Positions 28,868 through 39,906 of a stretch of DNA of 64,000 nt are shown here, piece by piece. This DNA is from Methanotrichaceae archaeon (GTDB lineage Archaea; Halobacteriota; Methanosarcinia; Methanotrichales; Methanotrichaceae), in the NCBI GenBank assembly GCA_963748825.1, contig CAVVKN010000012.1:95536-159535 (forward strand). Reading direction: 5' to 3'. The translations under genes and the position numbers were made by a program. How positions within the stretch are numbered: the first letter of the stretch is position 1; every line of letters begins with the position of its first letter. The notes under the pieces are model-generated. The model worked only from the letters and a program-made list of their open reading frames with translations. It was not told the DNA's origin and did not search any database.

Positions 28868-30739
28868 TTATGCCCCCTCTCCAATTTGCTCGTCAGTCTC
28901 TTTTGTATTCTTAAACAGTTTTTGCATGTCCATTCCTAAAACAAAGTAGAAGCTTAGCTCATCATCTGCTTCTTTCCAATTGACTCCAGCTAAAACAAAA
29001 TAATGCGCAATGATGGATTCCAAATCACGGTAGTAATTTTTCCCATATTCCTCCAGCTTGTTCTGAATTTCTGGTAGGAGCCTCTTGATTAGTGCTTCAT
29101 TCATTTTTAGGCCATGCAACTTGGCCCGGAATGGCGTCGCTTTTTTGTCATTCCACTGTATATTGAGCAGATTTTGAGTGAGAACTCCTTCCAAGAATGT
29201 CGCTTTCTTGGCATCGCTCGTAAAAAACGACTTATTAGCCTCAAAAAACCTCTCAACTTTTTGTTCCAGCGGAAGACCTTCGAGATTTTCGATAGATTGC
29301 ATTCCACTTCCCTTTTCATCCATTTCTTTCAGCTCCTCCTTAGAATCTCTGAAAAGATTAAGCTCTTTTAGATAGTGCAATAGCAGGAAGCCATTCAACG
29401 TGGCAATATTTGTAGGATAGCCTTCGATGAAAGCTTCTCTTGCTTTTCTTATTATAAAATCCATTAGCAAATAATAATCAATTCGGTTTCCAACAAAAAT
29501 CTTATTGACCATCTCCAAGAAAATTTTATCAAACGTTCTATTCTTGGACTCTTGCGGGAAGAATCTCCTCAAGACACCGAAATTGAATTCGAGGTGGTTC
29601 TTCTCTTTCTGCGATTCATTCAAGAGCTGATCGTTATATGCCTCGAATCTCTCGTCCACTTTGTCCTTGATATCGAAAAGGGCTTTCAATCGAGATGGCA
29701 GAATTCCCTCGATGAGAAGCAAGATTCTGTATGATGATTGTTCCTTTTTATAAAATATCAGGCTGTTGCTGATAAAGTCTTTTTTATCCTTGACGAGGTC
29801 CAGAATCTCTTCTTCATCTGAAGTTATATTGCTCTTGATTTCTCTGTTTATTTTCAGCTTCCTTTTCTGATCCTTTCCGCCCAAGATGCTCAGAATGTCT
29901 TGAAAATCGCAACCTAACGCTAGCTTTGGCACGAGCAAATACCTGAAGCCGTAGAAGCCAAAGTCAAGCCTTTCCTCTACGTATTTCTTGCCTAACTCCA
30001 GGCTTGTGGCGCAGTTAAAGCATACGGGTGTATTCTTCCAGGACTCAGAGACATCAAATCCTCCGGCAATGAAGCCGGGCTTATCAAATGTATGGAAAGC
30101 CCAGGGAATTGCAAAGCCATAGACTTCCTCTTTTTTCTGCCTGCAAACAGAACAAAATGCGTCTCTTCCCAGAGATGTCCCCTGAGACTTCTTGGTGGAA
30201 TACTTATCACTTCCCGTTCGAAGCAAGATGCTCTTGAAAACCGGATGATCGCTAAGATATGAAATGCCTTCTTCTTTTTCAATTGCAAGGGTAATTATGG
30301 CGTTATACTTTGAATCCTTCCCAGAGTATTTCTCATTCAATTCTGCAACAATTCTGTCTTTTTGGCCCTTGATTGCTATACTCATTTTTTTAAGGTTATC
30401 TTTTTCTTCATCTGATATGTCATAGCTATCATAGTTTTCAAACCATTTTATAAACCTGTTCTTGAATGTCTTTTCGACTTGGCCAGCTACTTTGCTGGTT
30501 GGTGTTGCATCGGTGCCGTTTGGAGCACCTTTTTTATATAAATATAAAGCAGGTTCTTTGAATTCATCTAGAACAACTCGACTAAAAGAATAATCACCAT
30601 TTATCTCGCTCAAAATTACTAATAAAGCATATTTATACTTTCCATTACTATTTGGATTCTCAATAAAGGTTGATAACAGGTCATTTCCACCTTTATTTTT
30701 TTGCACATAATCTCCAATTCTGCTTACCGCCTCAATCAC
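28868..30739 (-). CDS. cas8b: Type I-B large subunit Cas8b (Csh1/TM1802-like)
   Basis: 623 aa; CSVC...TFDKPGF...PVCFNC zinc site; helical C-terminus ending FYFVLGM; lies before cas7. Confidence 0.88.
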   Translation of the reverse strand: MIEAVSRIGDYVQKNKGGNDLLSTFIENPNSNGKYKYALLVILSEINGDYSFSRVVLDEFKEPALYLYKKGAPNGTDATPTSKVAGQVEKTFKNRFIKWFENYDSYDISDEEKDNLKKMSIAIKGQKDRIVAELNEKYSGKDSKYNAIITLAIEKEEGISYLSDHPVFKSILLRTGSDKYSTKKSQGTSLGRDAFCSVCRQKKEEVYGFAIPWAFHTFDKPGFIAGGFDVSESWKNTPVCFNCATSLELGKKYVEERLDFGFYGFRYLLVPKLALGCDFQDILSILGGKDQKRKLKINREIKSNITSDEEEILDLVKDKKDFISNSLIFYKKEQSSYRILLLIEGILPSRLKALFDIKDKVDERFEAYNDQLLNESQKEKNHLEFNFGVLRRFFPQESKNRTFDKIFLEMVNKIFVGNRIDYYLLMDFIIRKAREAFIEGYPTNIATLNGFLLLHYLKELNLFRDSKEELKEMDEKGSGMQSIENLEGLPLEQKVERFFEANKSFFTSDAKKATFLEGVLTQNLLNIQWNDKKATPFRAKLHGLKMNEALIKRLLPEIQNKLEEYGKNYYRDLESIIAHYFVLAGVNWKEADDELSFYFVLGMDMQKLFKNTKETDEQIGEGA

Positions 30740-30755
30740 CCAAAATCACCATCAA

Positions 30756-31409
30756 TCAAACGCATATATTCCTGTACGTGCAGTCCACGCACCTGGCCTT
30801 CTGCTTCGTCCCATCGGGAAAGTATCCCCTCTGAATTATCATCAGTATCTCGCGCACAATCTCCTTCGCCTTCTCATAATCTTTTTGCTGAAAGTCTATT
30901 TCCGCCACATAATTGTTGCTCCTGGTGTAGCAGACAAAGCCCCGCTTCACATCCACGCCGAAGTGCTCCATGATGAGCAGCCCGTAAAGTGCCGCCTGAA
31001 ACTTGTGCGTCCTGTAAATGGTGTTTTTAAACTCGGCATACTTGTAATCCAGAGGTGCAGCCGTTCCATCTTCCAGAAAGAGAACCTCATCCACCTCTCC
31101 CTTGAAGTGGTACTTGTGCGAAGTCAGATAAACCGAGATCTCTTTTCCCGTGCAATTCAGCTTCTTTCTCACGTAATCCCGGTTCACCTTCTCCCGGATC
31201 TCGTGCAGCTCTCTGCCCTTCAAAACCTTGAAGCGCCGCTCCTCTCTCTGGGCGATGCCCAGGCAGTGCATGAAAAATATGAACCTGGGGCAGAACAGGT
31301 ACTCCAGCGCATCGGATACCGTGACGAAAATCTCCTGCGCGGGTGCGGGCTCTCGCGCGCCCTCCTGCGCCTGCCCGCGCGTGGCCGCTGTATCATCATC
31401 TGTCTCCAT
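30756..31409 (-). CDS. cas4: Cas4 exonuclease
   Basis: YLFCPR, GEVDEV...PLDYKY, C-terminal CVDCTYRNIC Fe-S cysteines. Confidence 0.92.
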   Translation of the reverse strand: METDDDTAATRGQAQEGAREPAPAQEIFVTVSDALEYLFCPRFIFFMHCLGIAQREERRFKVLKGRELHEIREKVNRDYVRKKLNCTGKEISVYLTSHKYHFKGEVDEVLFLEDGTAAPLDYKYAEFKNTIYRTHKFQAALYGLLIMEHFGVDVKRGFVCYTRSNNYVAEIDFQQKDYEKAKEIVREILMIIQRGYFPDGTKQKARCVDCTYRNICV

Positions 31410-31654
31410 TTTGCCCTCAGAACACCTTGGTTAACATCATGCCCGCCACCAGTTCTCGGTCGAATCCCGTTCCGATCAGCTTGATCTTATCAAAGCAGTC
31501 CTCGCACATGGGAAAGACGTAGACTGAATCAGACTCCTCGATGACCGCCTCGCACTCCAGGGCCAGGGAGTCGGACTGATTCCGGTTCAGATCGCCCAGA
31601 AAGGCGCTCTTCTGCACCCGGAACAGGCCGTATCTCTTACAGAGCTTCGCTACC
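31265..31654 (-). repeat. Diverged ~390-bp direct repeat, copy A (cas2 3' part + cas4 5' part)
   Basis: Aligns with 32350-32739 at offset 1085 with scattered substitutions. Confidence 0.9.
31417..31654 (-). pseudogene. cas2: 5'-truncated cas2 duplicate
   Basis: [18 protein letters not shown]...MLTKVF but lacks the N-terminal VIYDIS strand. Confidence 0.85.
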
Positions 31655-31725
31655 TTAAGTCTTGCATATGCAAAATTATGGAGCGAGAAGATCTCTCTCA
31701 GCAATCTTTCCGAAAAATATTACTA

Positions 31726-31884
31726 CTAGATAAGCGGCTTAAAAGGGACAGACTTGTTCTCTTCGTCCGGGCAATCTTCATTTAGCCACTCTAAGTCGCC
31801 ATCGCTCAATTGGTCTATGACGGCATCTAGGTAAGCCCCTTTATCCGTGACGATATGCCTTTCCCGCATAATTTCAACTGCCAT
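31726..31884 (-). CDS. Small acidic protein (52 aa), candidate antitoxin; not in ORF track
   Basis: Manual translation MAVEIMRERHIVTDKGAYLDAVIDQLSDGDLEWLNEDCPDEENKSVPFKPLI*, preceded by AGGAG; adjacent to the RelE-like gene. Confidence 0.55.
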   Translation of the reverse strand: MAVEIMRERHIVTDKGAYLDAVIDQLSDGDLEWLNEDCPDEENKSVPFKPLI

Positions 31885-31956
31885 TTAATCTCCTGGTCAT
31901 GCATCTGCTTTCTATCTATATAATCCTTTAGACAAATGGATTTTTGTAGAATATAA

Positions 31957-32253
31957 TCAAATTCTATAGTCTGTATTTCTCCTCTTAGTTATTATTATAT
32001 CTACCACATCAACAATGTGCGCGAGGTCATCTACCGTATATTCTATTCTTGTTTGTGCTCCTATTCGGATGCGATATTTGCGCGGATTAGATCCCGCTAT
32101 CGGTGAGATATCCATCATTGGGCGAGGTGTATATGGGTCTATGCTTAATTCATTTATGCGATCCGATATAATAACTGCCGCCTCGTGGTTCAGGTGATCG
32201 AATTTATTTAAAACCTTATTCGCTCTCTTTTTTATTGTAATCTCATATGGCAA
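31957..32253 (-). CDS. RelE/ParE-family toxin
   Basis: YEITIKKRANKVL...INELSIDPY...KYRIRIG...RIEYTVD...RRNTDY; basic 98 aa. Confidence 0.8.
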   Translation of the reverse strand: MPYEITIKKRANKVLNKFDHLNHEAAVIISDRINELSIDPYTPRPMMDISPIAGSNPRKYRIRIGAQTRIEYTVDDLAHIVDVVDIIITKRRNTDYRI

Positions 32254-32349
32254 CCTTTCTTCTCCTCAAATTTCTACGGCTAGATGCAAGATCTGCTAAA
32301 TGGAATAAATAAGTTTCGAGAGTGCGATTTTGGCCAAAAGGATTTGAAA

Positions 32350-32801
<452 letters not shown>

Positions 32802-32828
32802 TTATTATTCTTTTCCAGTTGTTAGTTA

Positions 32829-32914
32829 GTCGCTCTGTGCGTACTCTGTGAACTCTGTGTCTCTGTGGTGGAAACGTCGTTAGACGCTGGTTATAACCAA
32901 TGGCTGACGATACT
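32829..32914. repeat. REP/MITE-like element between cas1 and cas2
   Basis: ~85 bp similar to the reverse complement of 55677-55761; 9-nt-period ctctgtg units. Confidence 0.7.
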
Positions 32915-32933
32915 ACCACCACTATTCTATTAC

Positions 32934-33977
32934 CTACTCGATACAGCGAGGAACCTCTTCTTCCGTTTCCAGTATGTTCTGATCATAGTCCTCCGGCAGC
33001 TCCTGGCCGGGCCGGATGAGAGAATTGGCGATCCTGTGGCACTCCATCTGAATGGTGTTCCGGGTCTTGATATTGCGGCCCCGGTAGAGGATCGTCTCCT
33101 CGAAATTCTTGTTGAGAGCCTCAATCAGAGCTGCCTTTCCGTCTTTGGAGAGGCCCATCCCCTGCTCCAGCGGCTCGAAGAATTCGTCCTTAATCATACG
33201 CCTGCTGAAGAGATAGACCACCGTCTCATCCACGTAAATGCGGAACATCTCAATGATATCGAAGACCAGCGACATCTTGTTGTAAGAGTCGGTGTGCAAA
33301 AAGCCCACGTAGGGATCAAGGCCGGCAATGATGCAGGCCTTTTCCACCATCGAGTAGAGAACACCGTATCCGTAGTTGAGCAGAGCATTGAACTCGTCTT
33401 TGGCAGGATTTCTGCTCCTTCCGGCGAAATGGTACTTCTCTGGCATGATGGAGGAGATGGCATCAAAGTAGGCCCGCGCCGCCTTGCCCTCCAGGCCGAG
33501 CATATCCTGCCGCCGGGCGTCGATGCGGCCCTGAAGCCTCTTCATCCGTTCTCTGGACTGCTCTATCTCCTCGATGAACCTGTCCAGCTCCTCTCTCTTC
33601 TCCTCTCTGGTCTTTCTCAATTTGGCGAGCAGAAGAGTTTGGTTGTCCAGCTTCTTTAAGCCCCACTCTTTCGCCAAATTCAGGCCATCCGCTGTGTCGT
33701 AGATCTCCAGTTGCCTTCTGCGAATCATTGTGGTACTGCCCAGCTTCGGATGCCACACCCTGCCGTAGGGGTCCCCGTAGGAATCGAGAAAAACGATATC
33801 TATGTTGTTGTCCACGGCCAGCTTGATGGCATCGGTGGTGATGTATGCAGACGTTGTAATTAAAATGCTATTGACTTTGCTAACCGCCACCTCGAAGCTC
33901 TTATCCTCTCTCTTTACCAGAAAGCAGTTCCCGCTCTTGCGAAGATATGCACCATAGCTGTTGATCACAAGCTGCAC
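32934..33977 (-). CDS. cas1: Cas1 integrase
   Basis: LGLEGKAARAYF, NALLNYGYGVLY, GLDPYVGFLH, LVFDIIEMFR. Confidence 0.96.
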   Translation of the reverse strand: MQLVINSYGAYLRKSGNCFLVKREDKSFEVAVSKVNSILITTSAYITTDAIKLAVDNNIDIVFLDSYGDPYGRVWHPKLGSTTMIRRRQLEIYDTADGLNLAKEWGLKKLDNQTLLLAKLRKTREEKREELDRFIEEIEQSRERMKRLQGRIDARRQDMLGLEGKAARAYFDAISSIMPEKYHFAGRSRNPAKDEFNALLNYGYGVLYSMVEKACIIAGLDPYVGFLHTDSYNKMSLVFDIIEMFRIYVDETVVYLFSRRMIKDEFFEPLEQGMGLSKDGKAALIEALNKNFEETILYRGRNIKTRNTIQMECHRIANSLIRPGQELPEDYDQNILETEEEVPRCIE

Positions 33978-34447
33978 AGCATTACCTCTAGCCTCTAGCT
34001 TTTAGCAATCTCTTTGCCTGTAAGGTCTGAAGACTCTTCAGGTTTAATATCTTTGTATGCAGGGAGAAAGTATTCTTCGTCTGATTTGCTATCCCCACCA
34101 CCAGGTCGTACCTCTTCTCATCTGTACGTCCTCTGTGCTCTTTGTGCGCTCTGTGGTGATAGTTCATAAACAACGGGGTTAAAATTCGCGTCGCGAAATA
34201 TAATTATAAGGGCAAGCGAGATCCAACCCGATAATATTATTAATACTGCCCAGCGCTTTTGGATTCTTAAGGGAACCGTCTCTCGTCATGCAGCCCTCGT
34301 CGCCGATTCCTGGCCATGAATCTGATGAAGATAGACAAGACCTGAATTAACCGCAGAGTCGCCTATTTGACTTAGTACGAGAATGCTTGTCTGAAAATAA
34401 CCGAAAATTATAAAATACCGCCAAGAGATTTTAAGATAAAGGATTTG

Positions 34448-35437
34448 ATGATGCTCGATCTACTTCTGCAGACCCTCGACAATACCGTCTCTACCATGAT
34501 CACCGTCTTTATCATGCTCTTTCTCACCGGCCTCATGGTGGAGATGAATGCCTTCCAGCGCATCTCCCATCTAGCCAGCCCGCTGATTTCCATATCGCAC
34601 CTGCCGGCCGTATCGGCCTCGACCTTTGTCATCAGCCTGGGCTCGGCTCTGGCGGCCAATACAGTGATCGCCAGACTGAAGGCAGAGGGGCAGCTGACCG
34701 ATCGCCAGGCATTCTTAAGTGCCATCATGAATAGCGTTCCCGTCTACTTCCGGGAGCTTTTCACCTATCAACTGGCTTTCGTGATTCCGGTTCTGGGCAT
34801 CTTCGTGGGTGGGGCTTACGCAGTTATCTCTATTGCTACAGGACTCATAAAGCTGGCACTGGTCCTGGTCCTGGGACGGGCCTATCTTCCCGGAGATGAA
34901 TCTGCTTCTTCTGTCCCGTTTACATCGTCTATGTCGTCTTCACCGTCTGCCGCACCACTGCAGTCGCTCCCGATCCAGGCACAGAAAAATTTGAGGGAGG
35001 CAGCCAAAAAATCCCTGCGAGGACAGAGCCGCATATTCCTCAGGATCGCAGGGCTTTACTTTATCATGACTTTCCTGGTCTTGTATTTAAGCCGGGAAGG
35101 CATCCTGCAATCGCTTGATGTCATACCCCTGGCCAATTTTTTCAGCGTTCCACCGGAGACGGTAATCCCGCTCACCATTTATGTGGCCAGTCCCAAGGCA
35201 GGCATCGCTCTTCTGGGGCCCCTGATACAAAACGACGGCATATCGGAGACAAAAGCCCTCATCGTCCTCATGCTGGGCAGCCTTTTCATGCTCCCCTTCT
35301 ACTCTCTCCGGTCACTTCTGCCTAATTACACCTCAGTCTTCGGCATGAGGCTGGGCCTCTCCCTGGTGATAATATCCACAGGCATCAGCGTGGCTGTAAG
35401 GATGTCGGTGCTGTTGATGCTGCTCATTGCTACCTGA
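34448..35437 (+). CDS. Nucleoside-recognition (Gate) domain membrane protein
   Basis: Multi-TM protein with two related halves. Confidence 0.65.
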   Translation: MMLDLLLQTLDNTVSTMITVFIMLFLTGLMVEMNAFQRISHLASPLISISHLPAVSASTFVISLGSALAANTVIARLKAEGQLTDRQAFLSAIMNSVPVYFRELFTYQLAFVIPVLGIFVGGAYAVISIATGLIKLALVLVLGRAYLPGDESASSVPFTSSMSSSPSAAPLQSLPIQAQKNLREAAKKSLRGQSRIFLRIAGLYFIMTFLVLYLSREGILQSLDVIPLANFFSVPPETVIPLTIYVASPKAGIALLGPLIQNDGISETKALIVLMLGSLFMLPFYSLRSLLPNYTSVFGMRLGLSLVIISTGISVAVRMSVLLMLLIAT

Positions 35438-35451
35438 TAAAAAAAATGACT

Positions 35452-36444
35452 TTATTTTTTTATCATGCCGTTTATATACGCTCCGGCAAAAGCTGCCCCC
35501 ACCACAACGTTGGAGAAGTAGGTAACGACACGCCAGAGGATGACCAGAGGCCCGAGCAATGCAGGCGGCACAAACATGGAGTAGAGATAGCTCATAGATA
35601 GCTCGGCAACGCCGCTGCCACCCGGAGTCAGGGGCAGGATGGCAATTATGGCCAGGATAATCTGGGATGTAATGGAGAGAAGGAATTTAGGATCTGCTCC
35701 CATGCCAATTAAAAGAGCGGATGGTACCAAAAAATCACACATCCAGATGAGAGCGGTGAGACCTGCCATGACCGGCGTGTGGCGCAATGTTTCTTTGGCA
35801 AGCTGAATTCCAGCTTCGCGAAAGAGCCAGATCTCTCGCTCTAAAGAAAAGATAATGGGTCTGTTGCCGGTCTTCTTTTTCAGCCACAACATAAATCCGG
35901 CAATTCTCTCCGGCCGTCTGACAAGCTGCCAGAGAAAGGTCAAGAGCAAGAAGAGAAGGACGACGAAAAATGCCCCAATCTTCAGACCGAAACCGGTCAA
36001 AAAGTCGGAGAAGATAAGAAATAACGCCAGGGCTGCTACGAAGAAAATGCTGTCCAGCAATCGCTCGCCCACAGCAACGGCCGTTGCGCTGCCGTAGCTC
36101 ATGCCGTCGTCTGCCAGGATCTTGATGCGCAAAGGCTCGCCTCCGGCTGAGGAAGGAGTAAGGGTGGCAAGGAAATTTGAAGCCAGCGTCGATATAAGCG
36201 AGAGGCGAAAACTTATTTCATGGCCGGCGAGAGAGGTCAGGAGCTTGAGCCTGACGGCATAAAAGATCCAGGAGAACATATGCAGGACGAGCCCCAGGAT
36301 CAAAAATCGCCCCTGGACAACGGAGAGCAGCTTCCAGCTTACATTGGTTTCTGTAAATTTTAATATGAGGATAATTGAAGCCAGGCTCATGAACATTGCC
36401 AGTAACGCGGCTCTTACCCTTTCATCTTTAAGCTTAATGCTCAA
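35452..36444 (-). CDS. Lysylphosphatidylglycerol synthase TM / flippase-like protein (UPF0104)
   Basis: TPSSAGGEPLR, PLTPGGSGVAE, LWRVVTY motifs. Confidence 0.85.
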   Translation of the reverse strand: MSIKLKDERVRAALLAMFMSLASIILILKFTETNVSWKLLSVVQGRFLILGLVLHMFSWIFYAVRLKLLTSLAGHEISFRLSLISTLASNFLATLTPSSAGGEPLRIKILADDGMSYGSATAVAVGERLLDSIFFVAALALFLIFSDFLTGFGLKIGAFFVVLLFLLLTFLWQLVRRPERIAGFMLWLKKKTGNRPIIFSLEREIWLFREAGIQLAKETLRHTPVMAGLTALIWMCDFLVPSALLIGMGADPKFLLSITSQIILAIIAILPLTPGGSGVAELSMSYLYSMFVPPALLGPLVILWRVVTYFSNVVVGAAFAGAYINGMIKK

Positions 36445-36453
36445 TTTCCCTCT

Positions 36454-37506
36454 TCAGGCGACCTCGCGATAGACCGATTCCATACAATCAAGCACTCTCT
36501 TCCAGGAGTAATTCTCATCCACCGCCCTCCTGCCTTTCTTCCCGAGCAGCACCCTCAGCGGCTCGTTTTCATGAAGCTCCAGGATAAGCTCGCTCAGTTC
36601 CTCTGTGCTGGAGTAGACCATGCCTCCATTCTCTGCCACCTCGTTTACTCCTGGAGTGTCAAAGGCGAGGACTGGCGTCTCGCAGGCCATGGCTTCCAGG
36701 AGAACGATGCCGAAGGCCTCCAGGCGATTTTGGGTGGGCAAGACAAGTATTTCAGCTCGGGAGATTGTATCTATAAACATGCTTCGCTCCAACCTTCCTG
36801 TGAACTTTGCCCGGACATGCAGCTTTGTGGCCATTCTCTCTAACCGGCTGCGATCGTAGCCGTCTCCTACCAGCAGCAGGTCCAGATCCGCAACCTTTTG
36901 CACCTCGCTCATGGCAAAGAGCAGAGATTCAACTCCCTTGTAGCTGAGCATTCTGCCCGCGTAGAGCACATAGTTCTCCTTCTTCCTGGCCGGAGGATAA
37001 AGGGAGACGTTCACCGCATTGGGCACAATTTTTAGCTTGTGAAGGTAGTCTTTCAGAACAGGTGAGGTCTCAGCATAGCTCTTTGTGGTGGCTATTACGA
37101 TCTTTGCCTCCTCCAGAACGGGCCGTACCATTTTCTCATTAATCCTCTCTAAAGCAGTGGCAAATGGACGGGGCATGGCATGCCCATTTACAATTTCCGG
37201 GACCACCACATCGTTGTGGTAGGTGACAACATGAGGCAAGGCATTGCGGAGCATGAAGGCAAAGAGAGGACTTGGGATATGACTGTGATAGACATCCGCA
37301 TCGAGTTTAGGCAATTTAATAGGCATAGGCGAATAAAATAAGTCAATGCTCGGTATGCGAACCAGCTCGCCTGCCCATCTTCCGCAAGACGAGGCAACGC
37401 TAACCTGATGGCCTCTATTGGCGAGGCCGTCCGCCAGCTCTTTTACATGATACTCCACTCCGCCTACATGAGGCGGGAAATAGGGAGATATCTGAATTAT
37501 CTTCAT
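36454..37506 (-). CDS. GT4 glycosyltransferase
   Basis: PYFPPHVGGVE, YAGRMLSYKG, EAFGIVLLEAMACETPV. Confidence 0.9.
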   Translation of the reverse strand: MKIIQISPYFPPHVGGVEYHVKELADGLANRGHQVSVASSCGRWAGELVRIPSIDLFYSPMPIKLPKLDADVYHSHIPSPLFAFMLRNALPHVVTYHNDVVVPEIVNGHAMPRPFATALERINEKMVRPVLEEAKIVIATTKSYAETSPVLKDYLHKLKIVPNAVNVSLYPPARKKENYVLYAGRMLSYKGVESLLFAMSEVQKVADLDLLLVGDGYDRSRLERMATKLHVRAKFTGRLERSMFIDTISRAEILVLPTQNRLEAFGIVLLEAMACETPVLAFDTPGVNEVAENGGMVYSSTEELSELILELHENEPLRVLLGKKGRRAVDENYSWKRVLDCMESVYREVA

Positions 37507-37557
37507 GGAAGTGTGATTGCTTTCACTGCTCTAGCTGCATAAATCTAACCCTCTCTT

Positions 37558-37734
37558 TTCTTGAGGGTCTTGGCAAGGAGCGGAAAGAATGTTGCAGCCG
37601 TTGCTCTTGCTAGAAAAGTCCTTTGCATTCTCTATCGGTTGCTTATGAAACGAGAGGAATATCAGGAGCCTGAGGTTAAGAAGGCCAAACCAAAAATACC
37701 CAGTTGCATCAAACGTGGCCCAATCAGGCGATGA
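37558..37734 (+). pseudogene. Relic C-terminal fragment of a divergent IS110 transposase
   Basis: Manual translation FLRVLARSGKNVAAVALARKVLCILYRLLMKREEYQE aligns with FQRLIKKKERNVAIVAVARKLICLIYHLLINQELYLE of the array-resident transposase. Confidence 0.8.
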
Positions 37735-37815
37735 TGAGGTTCAATATCACTGCGATTGTTGGGCTCTTCGATTTGACACGTCTTAGCTCCATATTTATTC
37801 AGATAAATAATATCA

Positions 37816-38418
37816 TCATTCTGGAATAAATACGTTGGTGTCCAATAACCAGTTTATGAGTACTACGCAGTGATCGGCGTGCAGGCTGGTCGGCCCCAGC
37901 GATACGACTTTTGCCCCGGCCTGCTCGATCAGGCTCTCCTCATCCGGCGTCATGCCGGTGTGGTCTCCCAGGATGAAGGCCGCCTCGCCGGAAAGGCTGC
38001 TGGCTGCAAGGCCGCGAATATCAGCGCCGTCCTCGCGCAGGTAGATCAATCTCGCATCTAACAGATCGGCCAGCACTTCGGCCAGGTTGCCCGTGCGCAC
38101 GAAGATTCCAGAGGTGGACATGGCCCACTCAGCGGTAGCGGGCAGCGCCAGGGCCTTCTTGAGCAGAGCGGCCGTGGTGCGCTCGTCCGGATTAAGATGG
38201 CGAAGCGTCTCTCCGCGCAGCTGAATTGTCTTAGGAATCTCCCCGCCCAGCAGCACCAGATAGACGCAGACGTCTTTTCGGATTCCATGAGATAGGACAA
38301 AGGCGGCGGTGACGGCTCGACACAGTATGTCCAGGCGGCCGGAGGTGCCGGGGATGTCTTCTAAGGAGAAGTTGGGAGTGGTGGTGGCCTTGTGGCCTAC
38401 GATGATGAAAGAGCGCAT
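37816..38418 (-). CDS. trmY: tRNA (pseudouridine54-N1)-methyltransferase
   Basis: GTSGRLDILCR, LSHGIRKD, LNPDERT, FILGDHTG, SLGPTSLHADHC (SPOUT fold). Confidence 0.92.
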   Translation of the reverse strand: MRSFIIVGHKATTTPNFSLEDIPGTSGRLDILCRAVTAAFVLSHGIRKDVCVYLVLLGGEIPKTIQLRGETLRHLNPDERTTAALLKKALALPATAEWAMSTSGIFVRTGNLAEVLADLLDARLIYLREDGADIRGLAASSLSGEAAFILGDHTGMTPDEESLIEQAGAKVVSLGPTSLHADHCVVLINWLLDTNVFIPE

Positions 38419-38749
38419 GGCTTTTAAGACGAACAGGAAATACAAGCATCTTTCGGACTCCAACGAATCTATATTTTGAGCTTAAAAGGGATGGTAGCCT
38501 TCGTATCCCCGCTTCTTGCTTTGCGGATCTGGATGAGTAGGATGCATTGCCTAATTTTTGATGATGAAAGAGTTGCGGAGAGCCCTGGTCCTGCGGGCGC
38601 TGCCGGGGAGGACTTTCCTTGCACGGCAATTAGTCCGCTTTTATCTACCTTTTTATTATTCTATTTCCCGTGGAGATCGGAATCTGATGGCTCAATAAGT
38701 TCTATGACATTATGAAAAAATTTAAGCGAAATGCCATAGAACCACTTGT

Positions 38750-39136
38750 ATGCACCGCACCGCCGCCGGCGACCGACGTCAAGCCCTGCAGAGAACCGCC
38801 CGCGATCTGTCCCGCGATGCCCGAGCCCCGCAGAAGGCCGCTCGTGCACCCGCGGCTCGCAGAGAAGCTGAGAGGCTGCAAGGAGAGGCGGTTGCGGCCC
38901 TGACACAGGCCCAGGCCCTCAAGCTCCAGGCCCGCCTGGAGGACCTGACCGTATGGCAGATGGAGAAGGTCAAGCAGAGCCGGAAAGGCTCCAAGACTTA
39001 CACCCACTGGATGGCATCCTGGCGCGATGGCGGCAAGACGCGGCGTCCCCGGGAGCGCCAGAAAGATGGATGCCGCACAAGCCCGCCAGAAGGCTAGGGA
39101 GATGAAAGCGGAGGCGCTGGGGATGCAGGGATTGTA
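38750..39136 (+). pseudogene. Degraded hypothetical protein (Methanothrix-type family), frameshifted near 39045
   Basis: ARLEDLTVWQMEKVK...TYTHWMASWRDGGKTR, continuing KMDAAQARQKAREMKAEALG in another frame. Confidence 0.45.
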
Positions 39137-39162
39137 ATCGAGGATTCAGCCCGTGCATTGCG

Positions 39163-39666
39163 CTATTTTAGTGCCAACTCATATCTTACTTCGGTAACGG
39201 TACTGCCCCATAGCTCGTGGGTCAGCTCATCAGTCTGCTTAAATCCTACCGATTGATAGAGCTGTGCAGCTATCGGAAGGGTATTCACAGTCCAGAGAAA
39301 CACTGATGAATATCCGACATCTCGACAAAAATCCAAAGCATCTTCTACGAGCCGTCTCCCAAGTCCCCGGCCTCTAACCTCTGGATGCAGGAGCAGCCAT
39401 CGGAGCTGGGCCTCTTTCTCCGAGAACTTCACAATAGCTGCAGACCCAATAATCCTTCCTTCTTTTTCAACAATCCATATGCGCTCTCTGGGTGATTTTG
39501 ATTTGGCAAACTCGGACAGAGGTATGGCGACATAAGCATCAAAGGTATGATCCCAACCTTGCTCAGGGGCATAAAGGGTGCCGTGCAGGTACGTCATGTA
39601 GCCCACGTCACCTGGCCTGAGATCATGGCGGATAGATACGAGCCCATCGCACGGTAGCTGGGTCAT
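39163..39666 (-). CDS. GNAT acetyltransferase
   Basis: AQLRWLLLHPEVRGRGLGRRLV acetyl-CoA motif, LYQSVGF. Confidence 0.9.
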   Translation of the reverse strand: MTQLPCDGLVSIRHDLRPGDVGYMTYLHGTLYAPEQGWDHTFDAYVAIPLSEFAKSKSPRERIWIVEKEGRIIGSAAIVKFSEKEAQLRWLLLHPEVRGRGLGRRLVEDALDFCRDVGYSSVFLWTVNTLPIAAQLYQSVGFKQTDELTHELWGSTVTEVRYELALK

Positions 39667-39906
39667 GATTGGCCCTCCTTTTTGCGGTGATGGATAATTA
39701 ATCTACCTATTGCAAATCCTCGGGGTGAAGGACATCGACGCTGCAGAGAAAAAGGTCAGGAAGACCGGGCCATTCAATCAGTGGAAGGAGACTGCACGGC
39801 ACCTCTGGCGGAAGGGCGAGATATGAGAGAGGGGCCTCCTGTCTGGATGGATTAACCGGACACAGCCTTAGAGGACTTGTGGGATAGCTCCAGGTCAGGG
39901 AAGTGC

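Noticed and set aside
33988-34173. 61-aa ORF upstream of cas1
   Set aside because: N-terminus is the translated CACAGAG repeat; no recognisable domain
34303-34318. Partial match (ccgattcctgg) of the solitary-repeat 'spacer' upstream of cas1
   Set aside because: Only 9/11 nt with no evident PAM; compatible with chance
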